A stretch of 62,951 bases of DNA, filler included, from Intoshia linei (lineage: Eukaryota; Animalia; Orthonectida), in the NCBI GenBank assembly GCA_001642005.1. It is 9 parts of 9 records of this genome, joined end to end, with 100 filler letters (N's around TTAATTAATTAA, not from the genome) between each part and the next. Parts side by side here need not be neighbours in the genome. Positions count along the whole stretch, not along the records: positions 1 to 29,359 come from LWCA01000385.1; 8 more parts are not named here. The stretch is one strand, 5' to 3'. Below the pieces are notes generated by a model. The model saw only the letters and a program-made list of their open reading frames with translations, did no database searches and was not told the DNA's origin. Shown here in pieces: positions 1 through 14,979 of the stretch. The position numbers were made by a program, and so were the translations under genes. Every line of letters begins with the position of its first letter. The stretch's first letter is position 1.

Positions 1-40
1 TTGAATATAAAGAGGGAAAATTTTGTTTTATTCGTAACTG

Positions 41-810
41 ATGCTGCATGGTAATTTTAATTTTTTTATCAATTGCAAATATATATATAATATAAATATT
101 AGATACAATACATCGATTACATCACAATTAAAAATGCTGTATCCAAATTTATTCCATGTTACTTGTATAAGCCATTTAATGCATAACTGTTGCATGAAGC
201 TTCGACAGAAATATACAATTGTTGACGAACTCATCAGCAGCATGAAATTTCTTAAATTAAAGAATAAATCGCTCCGCGAATTGTTTTATGACATTGGTTA
301 TCCACCCATACCAGTGATTACAAGGTGGGGTACTTGGCTTGAGGCCAGTCTTTACTATATCAACAAATTTGAATTGGTAAAAAAAATTGTAGATGGTATA
401 CCCGGAAATGGTGTAATTATACAGAGAGTGAGGAAAGCTGTATCTATGATTAAATTATATAATGAATTAATTGAATTAAACGTTTATACATCTATATTAG
501 GTGTTATTGACATGGAAAAAGAATCATTCACTATTAATCAAGCATATGATACAATAAAAAAAATACAATTTTTTTCTGAACCATGTGAAATACAACTATA
601 TATAGAAAAACGATTGATATCGAAAAAATTATGTTAGCCATGGATCAGTCCAAACCTCCTTCATTGTAAAGCCAATTGAGAAATGGCCCTTCAACTTCTA
701 ACGGTGTAGAAAGAAGTTTAGCATGCTGAAGAAATTACTCACAAAACAAAGGAATTTTTTATCTAGTAACGTTAAAAAATACTTAATATTGTACCATAAT
801 AAATCTTAAT
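41..810 (+). pseudogene. hAT-superfamily transposase remnant (C-terminal half, frameshifted)
   Basis: ORF 41-637 has HVTCISHLMHN (CxxH) and PPIPVITRWGTWL (RW motif). Downstream frameshifted segments read PSTSNGVERS / MLKKLLTKQRNFLSSNVKKYLILYHNKS*, the hAT C-terminal dimerisation region. Confidence 0.8.
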
Positions 811-1558
811 ATTTAATTTTTTAAATTATTTTTAACAGGGGGGGACCAAATTGAATGTTTAATGTATTTTTTATAGGTTAAAAAAGTTTGCCCTACTGAT
901 AACTTATCAGTGTAATTAATAATTATCATTGATAGGAATTAAAGATACCGAATAATTACAAATTATCATATGTATCATAAATTACCACTAATTATATCAT
1001 AACAGCAATTTTAAACCAACTCAAAAGTAAACAAACATCTTTCCAATAATTATAACGATATAATAAGGGATTAATTAAAGTAAATTATAAAATTAGTCCA
1101 TACCTCATTATAATAAATGCAATTTAAAGTTGAAAATAATTGTAACCCATTGCTATAATTTTACTATTTCAAACGCCTAAATTCGTTAAAATGCCACTAT
1201 CAGTTAATCAAAAAAAATATAAATTAACTAAAAACTTGTCAACATTTTTATATTTAATTGGGCGTAATTAAACAAAACATGTAAAATTGTGAACATTTAA
1301 ATTTAAATCCTTCCTATCCAGTTTATCCAAGATATTTAAAAGGGTAATAAAAATAATAATAAAATAAGACTATAGTAGTATCAAAGCAACAAAATTAGCT
1401 AATGCGGCAACATGAAGCAATTTTTATAATGTGTTAATATAAATAAAAATTATTGCCTGTCAAAATAAATGTCGCTGTATACGCTTCATGTGTCTATCTT
1501 AAATTTGAATCAAATTGGATATAATAAAATTTTAATTTGACTATAATTACACAATTAC

Positions 1559-1799
1559 CAATGCAGAACCATTACATTTATATCAACGTTATTTAAAATT
1601 AAAATGTTACCTCTTTTATCTTCGTATAGTCCTCTTTCTTCAAATTCTCTTGAATTATTTAGATTGATTTCATCAAAATTTTTGACATTTTTGTGAGATT
1701 TTTGTTCATTATCTTGCCCTGAGACTGTACTCGCGTTATCGTGTGTATAAAAAATTTTTGAATTCATATTAGAATTTGGTGTATTCAACACTTCCATAT
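1559..1799 (-). CDS. Possible internal exon of an unidentified gene
   Basis: 241-nt open stretch bounded by ttattcAG| and |GTaatt on the minus strand. Hydrophilic peptide with no recognisable motif. Confidence 0.3.
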
Positions 1800-4501
1800 C
1801 TGAATAAATGACAATTAGATTCTAATTGAAGTAAATAATGATATTATGTACATTTAAACTATATTGCACTAGTAGTAAAATGTAAACAATTAATTTATAT
1901 ATTAACAAAATGTTCAATAAGCAATATAATAATTTATAAATTTTATTAAAATTTGTTTTTTTGAAAATTTTACCGTTATAATCTAATTTTTTTTTATTTT
2001 ATTTTTTAATTATTGATAAAATGTGAAAAAAATTTCAAAAATAACTTTAAAATTGAGATATTGAGATATTGACACATTATTATTTAATTTAAAAAATATT
2101 ACCTAATAAATTTGATATTTTTGATGAGTTTTCAATTTTTAAATTTTTAAATTTTTAAAGAAAAATTGATACAAACGTAACGAAAAATATTAATAAATGA
2201 TAAGTTAAGTACAAAGTCTAATCAGGCAACAATATAAATATTTATTATCTAGGCTAATTTGAATTATAGGCGGAGTAACGAGTCAATTGAAATTTAAAAC
2301 ATAATGATAAACAAATGTATTGGTTATACAAAGTTTATAACTTGTATATTGCTTTATGAGGGATTAAAATTAATTGCAATCAATTCTTCTTTTATTGTTC
2401 TGCCATATGTAAAGTTTGTGAATAATTCGGATTGCACATTTTATGATATTCACGTAATTAGGAAATTCAAAATATTTGTATACACGAGTTGAATGACCAT
2501 ATATCGTGTCATTGTTCTCATTTAAAAATTATTTTTAACTATTCAATTATCCCCTAATTAATAACATGTGCAAATAATTTAATTTTTTTAATTTGTTACG
2601 CCTCATTTAATGTCACATTAACATTTTTGGATACAATTTCAATAAAGTGTCTTGAAATTGTTAATTAAATTTATCATTTTATTTCAATTTATTTTGATTT
2701 CCACCGTAATGATTGTCATTTTTATCCATTTGAAATGTATTGTTAATGTTAGTTGTAATTTTTAATTTATTGTGCAATTTGAAATGATTATTAATGTTAT
2801 GAATTTTATAATAGTTTGTCAGTTACAAATTATATTTTACAATCTTTTATGTATCTTTTATAGTTAAAAATTGAATATTCAATTTCAATCGAAACTTAAT
2901 CGACACTATTCCTATTATGTTTGATTTTTAATATCTTAATCTTTAAATTTAATTAATCTTAATTGCACTATTTTTATACGTGATAAATCGTTAAATTTTT
3001 AAAATTTTTTCCACCTTTATGGGATCCAAATGTGTCGGAGATTTTAGAGTTGAAAAATTAACCAAAATTTTCACGAAAAATGCATTTCTGGCTGCCCGAC
3101 AATTTGAAAATTACCATTTTTAGTCTATATATTTTAAATTTATATTTCATAATGCAAATATAAATACATACAAATGTATATTAATTTAATATTTCATTTA
3201 TAATATTAATAAAAGGTATATATAGTGTCTACTATTGACAAAATACCTGATACTTGTCAAGTATTATATCATACAGAAAAAGAAGAAATTTTTTCTATTA
3301 GCTATCCATTCAGTTTACAAAAAAAATTTGTAAAATTTGAATTTAAATATAATTTAAATCGCTGAAATTTCATAATTTGTACTTATTACAATGTGTTGGA
3401 CTTGCGTCAATGTACATTTCAATGTATTTTCCATCTTTTAAAATATTTTTCAGTATATACTTTTGACCGAAGGTCAATTATCAACCACAAACTTAGTTTT
3501 ACTAAATATTATTAATATTATTTTAGTAATTATACTTTTTACACACATTTGAAGGATTTTTTGTAAATAAAGGTTTCAGTTTAATAAAGATAATGTCTAT
3601 AATCAATTGTATTACCAATTTTAATGACAATGTTTACTTAAAACAAAAGGGGAAAAACCTAAATTTTTACTACTGTAAACTAAATTTAGACAACTATATT
3701 TAACAATACTTTTTAGTAAAAATTTCAGATAATATTTAGTGACAGCAGATTGAGTTAAGGTTTATTTCATTACTTTGATCAGATAGGTCCAAGAAAATTC
3801 GGGGAGAGAATGAAAAAATTAAAATTTAAATTTGAAATTTAAAGGCTGCACTAGCTAAACATTTATTACACCCTAATTCTAATTTTTTTTAATTACAAAT
3901 AGAATTTTATTACAACAGGTAGAGTTGCAAAGAATATGAGTATCCCCTGAGTCTTACATGTTCTACTTTCTGCTATATTTTTACAATTAAAAAATTATCA
4001 ATATTTTAAATAATAAATATTCTTTTTAGAGCAGTTTATTTATAATAAATATTATTTATTTACTACAGTAGGTGATACATGTTTATTTATTCTTTATGTT
4101 TATAAAAATTTATTATGATTTTCATAAAACTATTAAACTACAATGTGTAATGTAATACAAAAACAAAAATAGCATAGTAGGTTTTAATTCACAGTCACAT
4201 TTTTTAGTAAACATTGTTTCCTTCCCAATATATTTTGAGGGCATTAATATATTACTTTTTATTTTCAAATATCTTTTTGGAATAACTATAATTACAATAT
4301 ATATCTTGTAGTTTTACAAGATTGGCTTAAAATCTATTAATTTACTGGTTAAATTCACTAAAAGTAGTTATCAATGGAAAATCTCTACAAACACTTTTCT
4401 ATTAATACTTAGACTCTACGAGCCATATTTTCCCGTGTTAACATAAATGTGTGTAAATAAAAATAACGTAAAAAGCAAATTAAAATTAAGTCCTTCTAAA
4501 G

Positions 4502-5439
4502 CAGGGGTGTACAACCTTTCCACCAATTCAGCTACAATATCTTTTCTCATTGATACTACGACCGCACAAAATTTACTTCGACATTGAGAAAATTTACTCT
4601 GCACTTAAATTTTAGGTCTAATAAAATAGTTTTCTTTATATTTTAATATGAGCCAGTTTTAATTAATAATTTTCAATTAAAATTAATCCTTAATTCATTC
4701 ATATAAATTAACACTATATTTGTAATTTATCTGAATCGGAATAAATAGCAATAGTAGGATTAATGCAGTGCTTTTCATGGGGGTGACTGGTCACCCAAGG
4801 GGTGAATACGAAAATTTAGATGATTGTAGGCGAATCTACAATTTTTAACATATTTCATTAAATCATCTAATTAAATTATTTAATGTAATCTTATGAGAAA
4901 AAACCAAAATTTTAGAATTAAAACTACCCTATCTGATTCCAAAAGAAAAAACCAAATTTTACCAACCCTTAACGAAAATAATTCACTTTTACCAATATTT
5001 TTATGAAAAATCCCATTTTACTAAATTTTTAGATCAATAATTCTTCTGACTGATTCCATAAGAAAAAACCTGATTTAAAAAAAATTAATCATTAATTTTT
5101 CGGTAAATAATTAATAATAATTGGACAACAGAAAAAAGTTCTATTAAAAACCGATTTTTTGATACATTAGAGTGGAAGACATAACAAAAAATATGTAAAT
5201 ATTAATAATGACATTAAAAAACATATCATTGACTGCTTTAATTTTGTATGCCCTTCGCTAATTTTTGAGAAACTGGGCAAAGTCAAGAATGTAACTTTTT
5301 GATTAAAATATTTTAAATAGACCTTGAATAAAATCTCATTTTAACTTTTCAATTTGAAGTAAAATGATATATTGCATTATGGTCAAATTTATTGACCGCG
5401 ATTGCATGCGGCCGTACGATTGTATGTTGTGCACTTCTG
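4502..5439. mobile_element. Non-autonomous hAT (Buster-like) element, copy 1
   Basis: Imperfect TIRs caggggtgtacaac / gttgtgcacttctg and degenerate flanks ttctaaag / ttctagga. About 780 bp of it is repeated at ~18125-18997. Confidence 0.7.
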
Positions 5440-8400
5440 TTCTAGGATTAAAAATAAAGAAGTAAAAATTAATTTCAAAGTAAACAAATTAAACTTTTTG
5501 GCATATTTAAATAATTTTAATTGCATACACCGTGTGAGTAATAAAGCTTAAAATAATGATGAATAAAATGCATATGAAATAGTACACACCCATTAAGATC
5601 TTAGTATATTTGTAATTTTTGAATAAAATTAATTTATTGAAATTTGTGAGTACTCATATGTAAGTTCTTTTGCTTTTATTAAATTTTAAAGTACTCACAT
5701 GTGAGTACTTTTGTGTATCAGGGCTTAAATTATACATTGATTAGAAATTTATATTTGAACTCTAGTTAGTACAGAAAGTAAATGTAAATTATAATTAATT
5801 TTCCAATATTAAACGGTGAGCTTGAGTTTTAAGTTTTAGGTATTTTAATACAATTTTTTGTTACGTCTTGTTTGTTTCATTTTTCTGATAAAAACACACT
5901 ATTTGAATTAAATTTTGGATCATACACTGTTTTTGATATTCACGTTTGTTTTTGTATTTTAGTCGCATTTAAAATATGTATATACAGTGCTAAGGGAAAT
6001 TACAGAAAAAATTTGTTTATTGATATTAGAAATTTTTTTAAAATTGAAACTACTCATTGAGTAATACTCAAAAACATAACAAATAAAAATTTATCAAATT
6101 GGTATTGCAAACGAAACAATCTGTGTACGTAAAAATAGTATATATAATAATATGCTATTAATATATTATCACTATTTTTTTCTACTTGTTCAATTGACAG
6201 AATGTATTTTTTACACCCAATTTACAGTTTTATTTCCAAAAACACATCTTAACCAAGATGAGATGCTATTTTAAAATGTTTTAGTCCAAATATCTAAGTA
6301 TATACCTTTCCACACAGCTATTTTTACAATATTAATATGTAGGTGTGCCATTAATATAATTAAAAAATATTAACATTTTCGAATGATATATCTTTTTTTG
6401 AATTAATCTCACGGTCACCAGTAAAAGGTCATATAATAAATGATTATAAAAGTGAAATTAAGATTATTATAAAATATACTTGATTAGTCACTGATCAATG
6501 ATCACTAACCATAACCGTTTAAACAATGTTGTTACTTTGCTTTACATGGTTAATAATTTTTGATGATCAGAGTGCCACTGAAGTTATATTGCTACTCGTG
6601 TAAATCAATTAAAAAATACAATTATCATATAAATTATAAACATAACTGACGACAGGAGTACCCTTTTAAATTAATTTAATATATTTATAAGTAAATTGCT
6701 AGGTCTACATTTCTATTGCTATTGTCAAATGTAATTACAAAACATGACAACTACGTCAAATACTCTTATTCATACAAAAATTAACGCTGTATCACATGTG
6801 TTTATGATTTTCTGGTGACAAAATAATAACCATTAGAATATTATTATTGATATCAACATTCAACACCGTCATTGCGACTCTCTGGAGTCATATTTTATTT
6901 TGAAACAGACCAACGTGTTATTTACATTTTAACAAAAAATTTAAAATAATTACTGATCTTAGAATTAAAAAAAAGATTTTTCTTATCCAGCTTATAAGAG
7001 TTGCTACATATAGTATATATTATATACACAATTTTAACCTCAGAAATCTACGCTTTCTCGGCCAAAAATTATAAACTAAATATTATTAACTAAAATTTAT
7101 TAACCAATATTTTTAAAATTTTTAAATTAAAATGTCAAATATAAATATTCATTTCAAAATTTCAAAAAAACTGTAAAAAAAAGAAAGTATCCTTATTCCA
7201 ACCAAAAAAATATCAATGGAAATCTCATAAATTGATTCCTTCTGTTTTTTTATCGTTGCTATGCAATTTTTCATTTTTAAAAAGTTTAGAATAATTTGAA
7301 GTATAACTTTGTTATCATCCTTTTTACATTTATTTAAATGTTGGTAAAATTCACCCGAAATATGTTTTTAAAAATTTTAATGTTTTTAAGATTATACACT
7401 CATTTTATCAATTATAATGATATTATAATTTTAAATAATTTAAAAAAATGGAATATGTAATTGTTTTTTGAAAATTCTTTAATCAAATTCTAAAATAACA
7501 CTAACTGATAATAATTCACTTTAAAATAAAAGGCAATGTGAAAAAAGTTTGAGAAACTTTACTTTAAATATTAATTGTAATAGTGAATAGTATCATTTTT
7601 AAGTGAGATTTTATTGAATTTATTTTTTTGCAGAATTTTAATAACTAATATTGTATTCGTATATACCAGGTTTTTCCCAACCTTTTCGTAGTTAATACTC
7701 TTGACCACTTTAAGTCCATAAAATTAAAATGGAAAAGAATATGTAATTATTTTTTTATTATAATTTTTACGAGAGAGTTAATATAATAGAAAATTAGTGA
7801 TATAACTTAAGACAATTTATTTCGAAAAGAACAATTTATAGGGTAATGAAGAGAAATTTTAAATTTAAATTAAAGCCAAATGGTCCTCGTTGGGAACCAT
7901 GATACTATTAATATACTATTATGCTATTAAAATTACCTGTATTACATGATTAAAATATTTATTAGTAAAACTTATCTATTTTAGTGTTTAAAAGTGTATT
8001 TTTTATGCGGCTTTAGTGCAAATCGACGGCAGCTTAATAATATATGGGACTTTCCATTTATATTTCTAAATTTCTGTAATTTCTATACATTTCAAAAGTT
8101 TTTCACATACGGTACGTAAGGTCTTATAGCTCTAGCCACCTCTCTGAGGATTATGATTTGATATTTGAAATTTAAATCACAAAATAGTTATGATATTCAA
8201 GAATATAATTTTTTTAATGTTCAATGTGAAAAAATGAGGTCCCTTATTGGTATTATTAAAATGAGGATGTGATTATCATGAACATGTAAATAATCTATAT
8301 CACACCGACTACTCTTGGTTATTCACGGTTCTGGGTGAATGGTCGTGGTGAGGTAGACATTATAAATTGAATTAATGTCTATTATACATTGTCGAATAGT

Positions 8401-9050
8401 TAATAATATAGGATAAAACTTAACAATTTTAAAAATAATTCCAATTCCAAACGGACTAACCACTTTGAAATTGACGGGTAATCACATCTGCATGTAACTT
8501 AAATGTATAATAATGTAATTAATAATAGTATACGTAATAATTGATTATTAATACACATATATATATATATATATATAAATATAATATCTATTATTATTAA
8601 AAATAATTTTTCATTATTTCTAAATATTTAGTATAATAAATAAATATAAATTGTAAATTTATATTTATAAAATTGATGTTTGGGTAGGATTTTTTGTGAT
8701 GAATTGTTCAATAATGAAAAGCCCATATTTAAAAAAAGGAAAGAATTTTAGGAAAATTTTTACCTGGTCACCAATTATCATAAATTTCCTGGTTAAAATG
8801 CATTTTCCAGATGATCATGAAATATTTTAAAAATAAGGTCTATAATATTGTTTAAATAATGGTCCCAAAGTGGCGATTAGGGGGCATTTTTAAAAAATAA
8901 TAACAACATTAAAAGAAATTTTTAAATAGACAAACACATATAAAAAGAAAGATAAACAATGACACAATAATAAATATATTATTTTTTCATTGGCCTAATT
9001 AATTTGTGATATTTTATAATTTAATTTAATTCTAATTATAATTTCTAACA

Positions 9051-9460
9051 TCCTAACTTATATAATATGCTACGCGATTTTTGTTTGTGTGTTTCACTTT
9101 ATTGAAATAACCACCAGTCTAACAATTTTTTAAATACCATATTTCAATTACAGTTTTTTCCGGTACGCAGAATAAGATGAATTTTAATCTCCCAATTTCA
9201 CATCTTACGGGTGAAAAACCCCAGTTGTCCCTCTTTTTGAAAATTAAACGAGTTGGAGAATTTAAAAAAATATATACGCTGATGCGAATTTTAAAATCAT
9301 AAATATTATCATAAATTTAAATTTAAAAAAATTGTTAAAATATTAAATTATCTTCAGGGCCAAAACCCCAAATTACTCTTATTTTTTTAATGAAAACAGC
9401 CCTACAATTTAAAAAAAATTATGTTACAGTTTGATCCTGTTAACACACATAAAAAATTTG
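9051..9460 (+). mobile_element. Helitron-like repeat family, 5' portion
   Basis: Starts a|TCCTAACTTATATAATATGCTACGCGATTTTTGTTTGTGTG, the terminus shared with copies at 15553, 21922, 35466, 45934 and 58919. Confidence 0.7.
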
Positions 9461-11405
9461 TTTGATGTTCGACGACAAACAAACATACATTTTTAGCTAA
9501 ATTACTTTAAACGTAGGGATTTATAATTACGGTTGAGTCACTATTGGATTAATTTTGAATAATATTAAACATGCCAAAATAAATATGAAAAAATAATTTT
9601 TTTAGTTAATTACGATTTAAACTTCAAATTAAAGTTAATTAAGTGGATTGGATAAACGAGGAAAATTAGACGTATACGTTTTTTAAATCATAATTCGAAC
9701 AAATACTAAAAAAATATACCAAGTAGCTGTCACGACTAGCGCACTGCTAAATTTATTATATTCAACTAACACACAATAGTAATTAAATCATAAAGAAACA
9801 TTTTAACTTCCCATCTGTTTTTAATCAAAATATGCATTTATTGGCTTATCTTGTTCAATTGTCTCGTATTCAATATATATTTTCATTTAATATCAATAAA
9901 ATTAAGTATTTATTACAAAAAATTAAAAAATTACACATAAATTAAAACAATGTTTCCCACAAGGAACCCTATATATTTTGCATATTTCTATGTTTAATCA
10001 TAAAAGAAAAATTACGGCATAACTAAACGTGATTTTTCAATTACCTTTAGTTGGGTTCAGGTTACACCTTTCAGTGTATTTTATTGACAGTGGATATTAA
10101 CTTAATGTTATTGAAAATAAAATTTATTACACAAATAAATTAAATTAATAAGTAAAATCAAAAATATTAAATTTCAAAAAAAATAAAATATAAAAAACCA
10201 AAATCACACAAATCCGTATCTACCAACCTCGATGAAACTTAAAAGTGACAAAACAAAGTCATTAAAAAAATTTGCCAAACAAGCGTAGTGTTATATATAC
10301 CTAGTCACCTCTCCAAGGGTCTTAACTTGACGTTTTAAATTTTATATAATTTAATTACATGATATTCAAGAATATATTTTTTTAAATCTTCAACTTGGAA
10401 AAATGATGGCCCCTTTTAAAAAATACCTGATTGACGTAATTGACACCTGCAAATGTTTTTGCGTTTGATATTCTTACTTTACCAATTAATTAATTAGTTT
10501 CTAGGAATAGAAAAGTATTTCTCAGTTAATCTGTTACCGTTTATTTTGAAAACTGACAATTCCAGGAATTTCAATACAGAAATTCCAAGTCACATTTGTA
10601 GAATCAATCAATTTGCAGCTTCACTGTAAATGACTCAAATTGCCTCTTTTTTTGATAAATTAAAGAACTTAAATTTAATACATTAATAAATTCTAATACA
10701 TTTTTCAAAGATAATTATGGTCTCACAAAATTTAATTATTTGACATTTCCACTTTCAGGGTTAAACTCCCAATATTATTTCATAGATGTGATATTTAGAT
10801 CCCAATTTAGATGTGAATTTGTATATTTGTTTAAAAGTTTAAAAAGTTGAATTTCAGTCTCAGAAATTGATTTCATTTCATTTTTACATATTGCAACAAA
10901 TTTGCTAAAAGTAAGCATAAAATGAAATACCTGAAATTTAAAACTTTATCATAATAATTTTAAAATTAATTTGGATTTAGATTATTTGTTAAACCTTATA
11001 ATTTAAAATATCTGTTAATTTAATAAACTTGATTTATCTTAATTAATTATGGTAATATTTAATTTTTCTTACAATTTTATATTAAATATAACAATATTTA
11101 ACAAATTAATTAAGACTGAAATTGTAAAATTAAAAAATCACGATTTCAATCTTTTCAATAGAAATTTCATATAGTTTGTGGCAATCTATTTATTCAATTT
11201 CTATTCTGTTATTTAATTATTTATGTAATTTTTTTATTGGTAAAATTAAACCAAATTTGATAATTATATGTAAAAAGGAGTATCTGAAAAACGAACACCC
11301 TCGACAAAGCTAGGTATTTTTGTACATAGTTCATAATACACTGTATAAAATAAATCAATATAATTTTTAAATTCTAATTCTGATACTGTGAAACTAATAT
11401 TACAT

Positions 11406-12194
11406 TTATATGGATATATATGGAATATGGAACTCGATGAAAATGTAGAAAACACAAAAGCGTAAGGTATCGTCTGAAGAATGGTAATTCGATTCTATTT
11501 CGTGCTGGTTTTCAGATTCTTTATCATTGGTTTTTCTTTTTTTTGTTACAATGTTGCTAAAATTATCTTTATTTGGATCGATTGACTCATTTTTCGTAAT
11601 ATCTTTTAACTGTTGTTGTGATATTTTAATTTCATTATCATCTTTTGTCATTGCGTCCATCAATGCAATGTTTTTATTGGGTCTACGCTTACTATTGCTA
11701 GGAGGTTTCATTCATTCGAAAATGGATTCTTGTTCTTTATCAATAGCTACATGTTTTCCATTTTTAATCATATTTTCTTCTATTTGAGCAAGATATCCCA
11801 TTATTTTAGTGTCAAAGGTAATGGTTTGTATATTATGGAATTGGCTAGGATTCATTTTTTCAAATTTTTTAAGGCTAACCCTTGGTAAAGTTGATAAAAT
11901 TTCAATATAAGGTGTCATCCAATAAATGCAAGGTATTAATTCTTCTCGTGTATAACCAGATAACTCGTAGACAACGTCATCTGCAAATGTATGATTTAAC
12001 ACAGAAGCAACAAGCTGATTATAACTAAAATTTAAAGACCTCTCGTCCATTAATATAAAGTCAATAATTCTACACAATTGTAGAAACATTCCAATAGAAA
12101 AATATTCTTTATTGAATTCTCGCACTGCAGTGCGTAGAAAGTAAATTGATGTTCTCATATGAACCAATGAAAATGAAGAATTCTTCTCACTAAA
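11406..12194 (-). CDS. Cyclin E-like C-terminal exon; in-frame TGA at 11712-11714 followed by 101 further open codons
   Basis: MFLQLCRIIDFILMDERSLNFSYNQLVASVLNH...VYELSGYTREELIPCIYWMTPY resembles the second cyclin fold of cyclin E. Phase-0 acceptor ttacAG| at 12194. No N-terminal cyclin-box exon recognised. Confidence 0.65.
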
Positions 12195-12597
12195 CTGTAA
12201 TAATAGTTTACTATATTATTCTCACGCGTGATTTTGTATCATCATTTGACATTTTAACTGAGCTATTTTTATTTCTACTTAACTATAATTTAATTTTTGG
12301 CTTTTAAATTTTTAGTTTAAATTTTAATTTGGAGTGCAAAATTTAAGTAATTTTAGTATTGTTAATTTCACATTTCATTTAAAATGCTCAAATAGCAATG
12401 TGAGCTCAAAAAATAATAAGCTTGCTTCTAATCGAAGTCATAGAATTACATGTACTTAATTATACAATTATTTACAATGACATTTCAATTTGAAATATCA
12501 TGATTTGTTCAAATTAAAAATGAATTTTTTCGTGTTGCTCAATGAGCAAATTTTTGAAAATGAGTCAATAGTTGAGCAGCTCTGCTCTATAAGATAA

Positions 12598-12750
12598 AGT
12601 GGTCAGGTAAAATACGTAGTATCACTTTTAGTTTTTATGGAATACATTTTAAGCCGAAAATTTTTATTTGTCATCATAGATAAGTAGTTTTGGCTGTTCA
12701 TTTAACACCAAATAAACTAAAATTGATAGTACGTATTTTTTCTGGCCATT
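12598..12750. mobile_element. ~150-bp MITE (family A)
   Basis: ~28-bp imperfect TIRs aagtggtcaggtaaaatacgtagtatca / tgatagtacgtattttttctggccattt. An inverted copy lies at ~17077-17265 and a split copy around 45555-46752. Confidence 0.6.
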
Positions 12751-14979
12751 TATATAAGAATTAATCAAAAACTGTTCTTATACACCAAGTTTACTGTATC
12801 AGTATTTTACCAAAAATTATTTTTGTAATCTTACAGTTTAAGGATGAACGTATCAAACATTATAATAATACCTATCTTAGTGATAATAGAGAAATTATGT
12901 TTTATCAGCAAATCACTGTTTATGGAACACGATTGATGCGAACACCAAAATAATGGAATAAAAATTTAAAGAAATTTTGTTTAATTTGAATAAAAACAGT
13001 TTTTAAATTATAATTAGTAGTAATAAAAATAATATAAAATGTAGAGTACATTATTTGATAACTAAAAAAGCTACAAAATAAAAATTACAAACTATTTTAA
13101 TTTAATTATAATTTATAAGAATCAAAATTTATCAAATTAATTTTTGCAATAGTAATTCCAAACAGATGAGCAACTATATTTTGAATACATTGAGACCCTT
13201 TCATTAAAAATGAATTAACATTGATAGGGTTACTTGTAACTTACAACTTTACTTAAATTTTTGTTAATTGATTTAAATTTTCCACCTAGTGAAACTTGTT
13301 GGAAAGAACTGGGTGGCAGTATATAAATGTGCGTTAGTAAAAGAAGCAAAACATTTTTCAAGAGAGTAAAGAATATTTTTTTATATTTACTAATAATTGT
13401 TTTATACATGTATGTTAATTTTGAATTTTAAATGTAAAATTATTATAAAGTGCAAAAAAAGATTTACAATCCAATTCATTAATTTAATTTTATTGCAATA
13501 TAATTTAAATTAAATTTAAAACTAAATAAATATTAGTTATGTTCAACGGTATCATATCATATGCGCATTTGTAGATTTGTTTATTGATAATGTAGAATTA
13601 TAAATTGTAATATAAAAAAATCTAAACTAGTTCTTAGACGCCTTGAAAAGTGGTTCTTAAGTTATTAAGACCGATAAACATTGGCACACATATGTGTGTA
13701 ATTTTAACTTAAATTTAAATTGATGGGAAATATTGCATTACTCGAAATATTTTACTGATGAACCGCAGACTTGAAATAAAATTTAAGTAAATGATTGTAA
13801 AACTATTCTATGATTGACATTTACAAGTTGCAATTCAATAAATGGGCGTGTGAACATGTTATTTTTAAAATATAAAAAATCAAAAGCATAAAAACATGTA
13901 TAAATGTTAAATGGTTAAACATAACACATTTTGATAAGTTCCATATCCAATAAACCATACATTTGTTAACATCAATTTAATATCAACAAGATAATGGCTT
14001 TTTATTTATATATAAATGGTATTCAATGATTCATAAATCATTGAAATCATTAATGTAGGCTAAATTGTAACAAGTTTTATTATGTTTCATCAATTTGTAA
14101 TTATTTGTTTTTTCATATTGTTTTTTTTATGGGAATAAAAAATAACGTACTATTACATGTTATTTTTCCAAATTTTCAAATGAATGCATTGAAAGGTGTA
14201 TTTGAGCAAATTGATATCAAAAATAGTAAAGGATAAATTAATTTGTAATAAATAAACAAATACATTTTAGCATAATGTAGGTACTCTGGGTTTTTAACCG
14301 TGAAATTATCTTTTTTGAAGTTTCTATTTATGATAATGCTTATGAATATTAAAAACCATCCAGAATTTATGCTGTATAAAACTCTAGAACTTTTCATTTA
14401 AATAAAAGTTAATTTGTGGTTTTGTCCCAGAAGATATCAGTTTTGGAGATTGAAATTATCATAATGTTCATAATTTTAAAATGTGTATCAGAGTTTACAT
14501 TTTTTTAAATTCTGGTGCTCGTTTGATTTTTAAAAATTTTTAAATATTTAAAGTTTTTGACATTGAAAGACTCAAGTTCTGAAAATGAAATTTTTGATAA
14601 AACCTATCTAATGAAACACATTATTAGAAATTGATATTCTTAAAATTATGCATGAATTACTTTCTTAAATAAATAATAACATACAAACAAACCAACATAC
14701 AGATTTACATTATGTTAGTAAAATTACTTTATATAAGTAAATATAATTTAAAAATTTGCAAACTATTAGTTGATATAATTCGGTAAGCTATATATGATGG
14801 AAAATGTAAATTTCTGAGAATAAAATTTTTTTGTTAATTAAATGGAAAAAACCATTTAAAAATTATTTTATTTTTTAATTCTACGATTTAATGATTTAAT
14901 TATTTGCAAACTATTGGATCGAAAAATAATAATATGAGTTTTTAAATAATAATATCTTATATATGTATATATTTTATTT

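Noticed and set aside
3225-3760. Exon-like open stretches on the plus strand
   Set aside because: Interrupted by stops, with no recognisable homology and no consistent splice model.
11527-11787. Hydrophobic plus-strand ORF; similarly 33884-34075, 37287-37622, 47677-47880, 48850-49107, 61201-61389
   Set aside because: Antisense shadows of real coding exons on the other strand.
14176-14397. 73-aa minus-strand ORF as a candidate upstream cyclin exon
   Set aside because: No cyclin-box similarity, and it abuts a repeat fragment.
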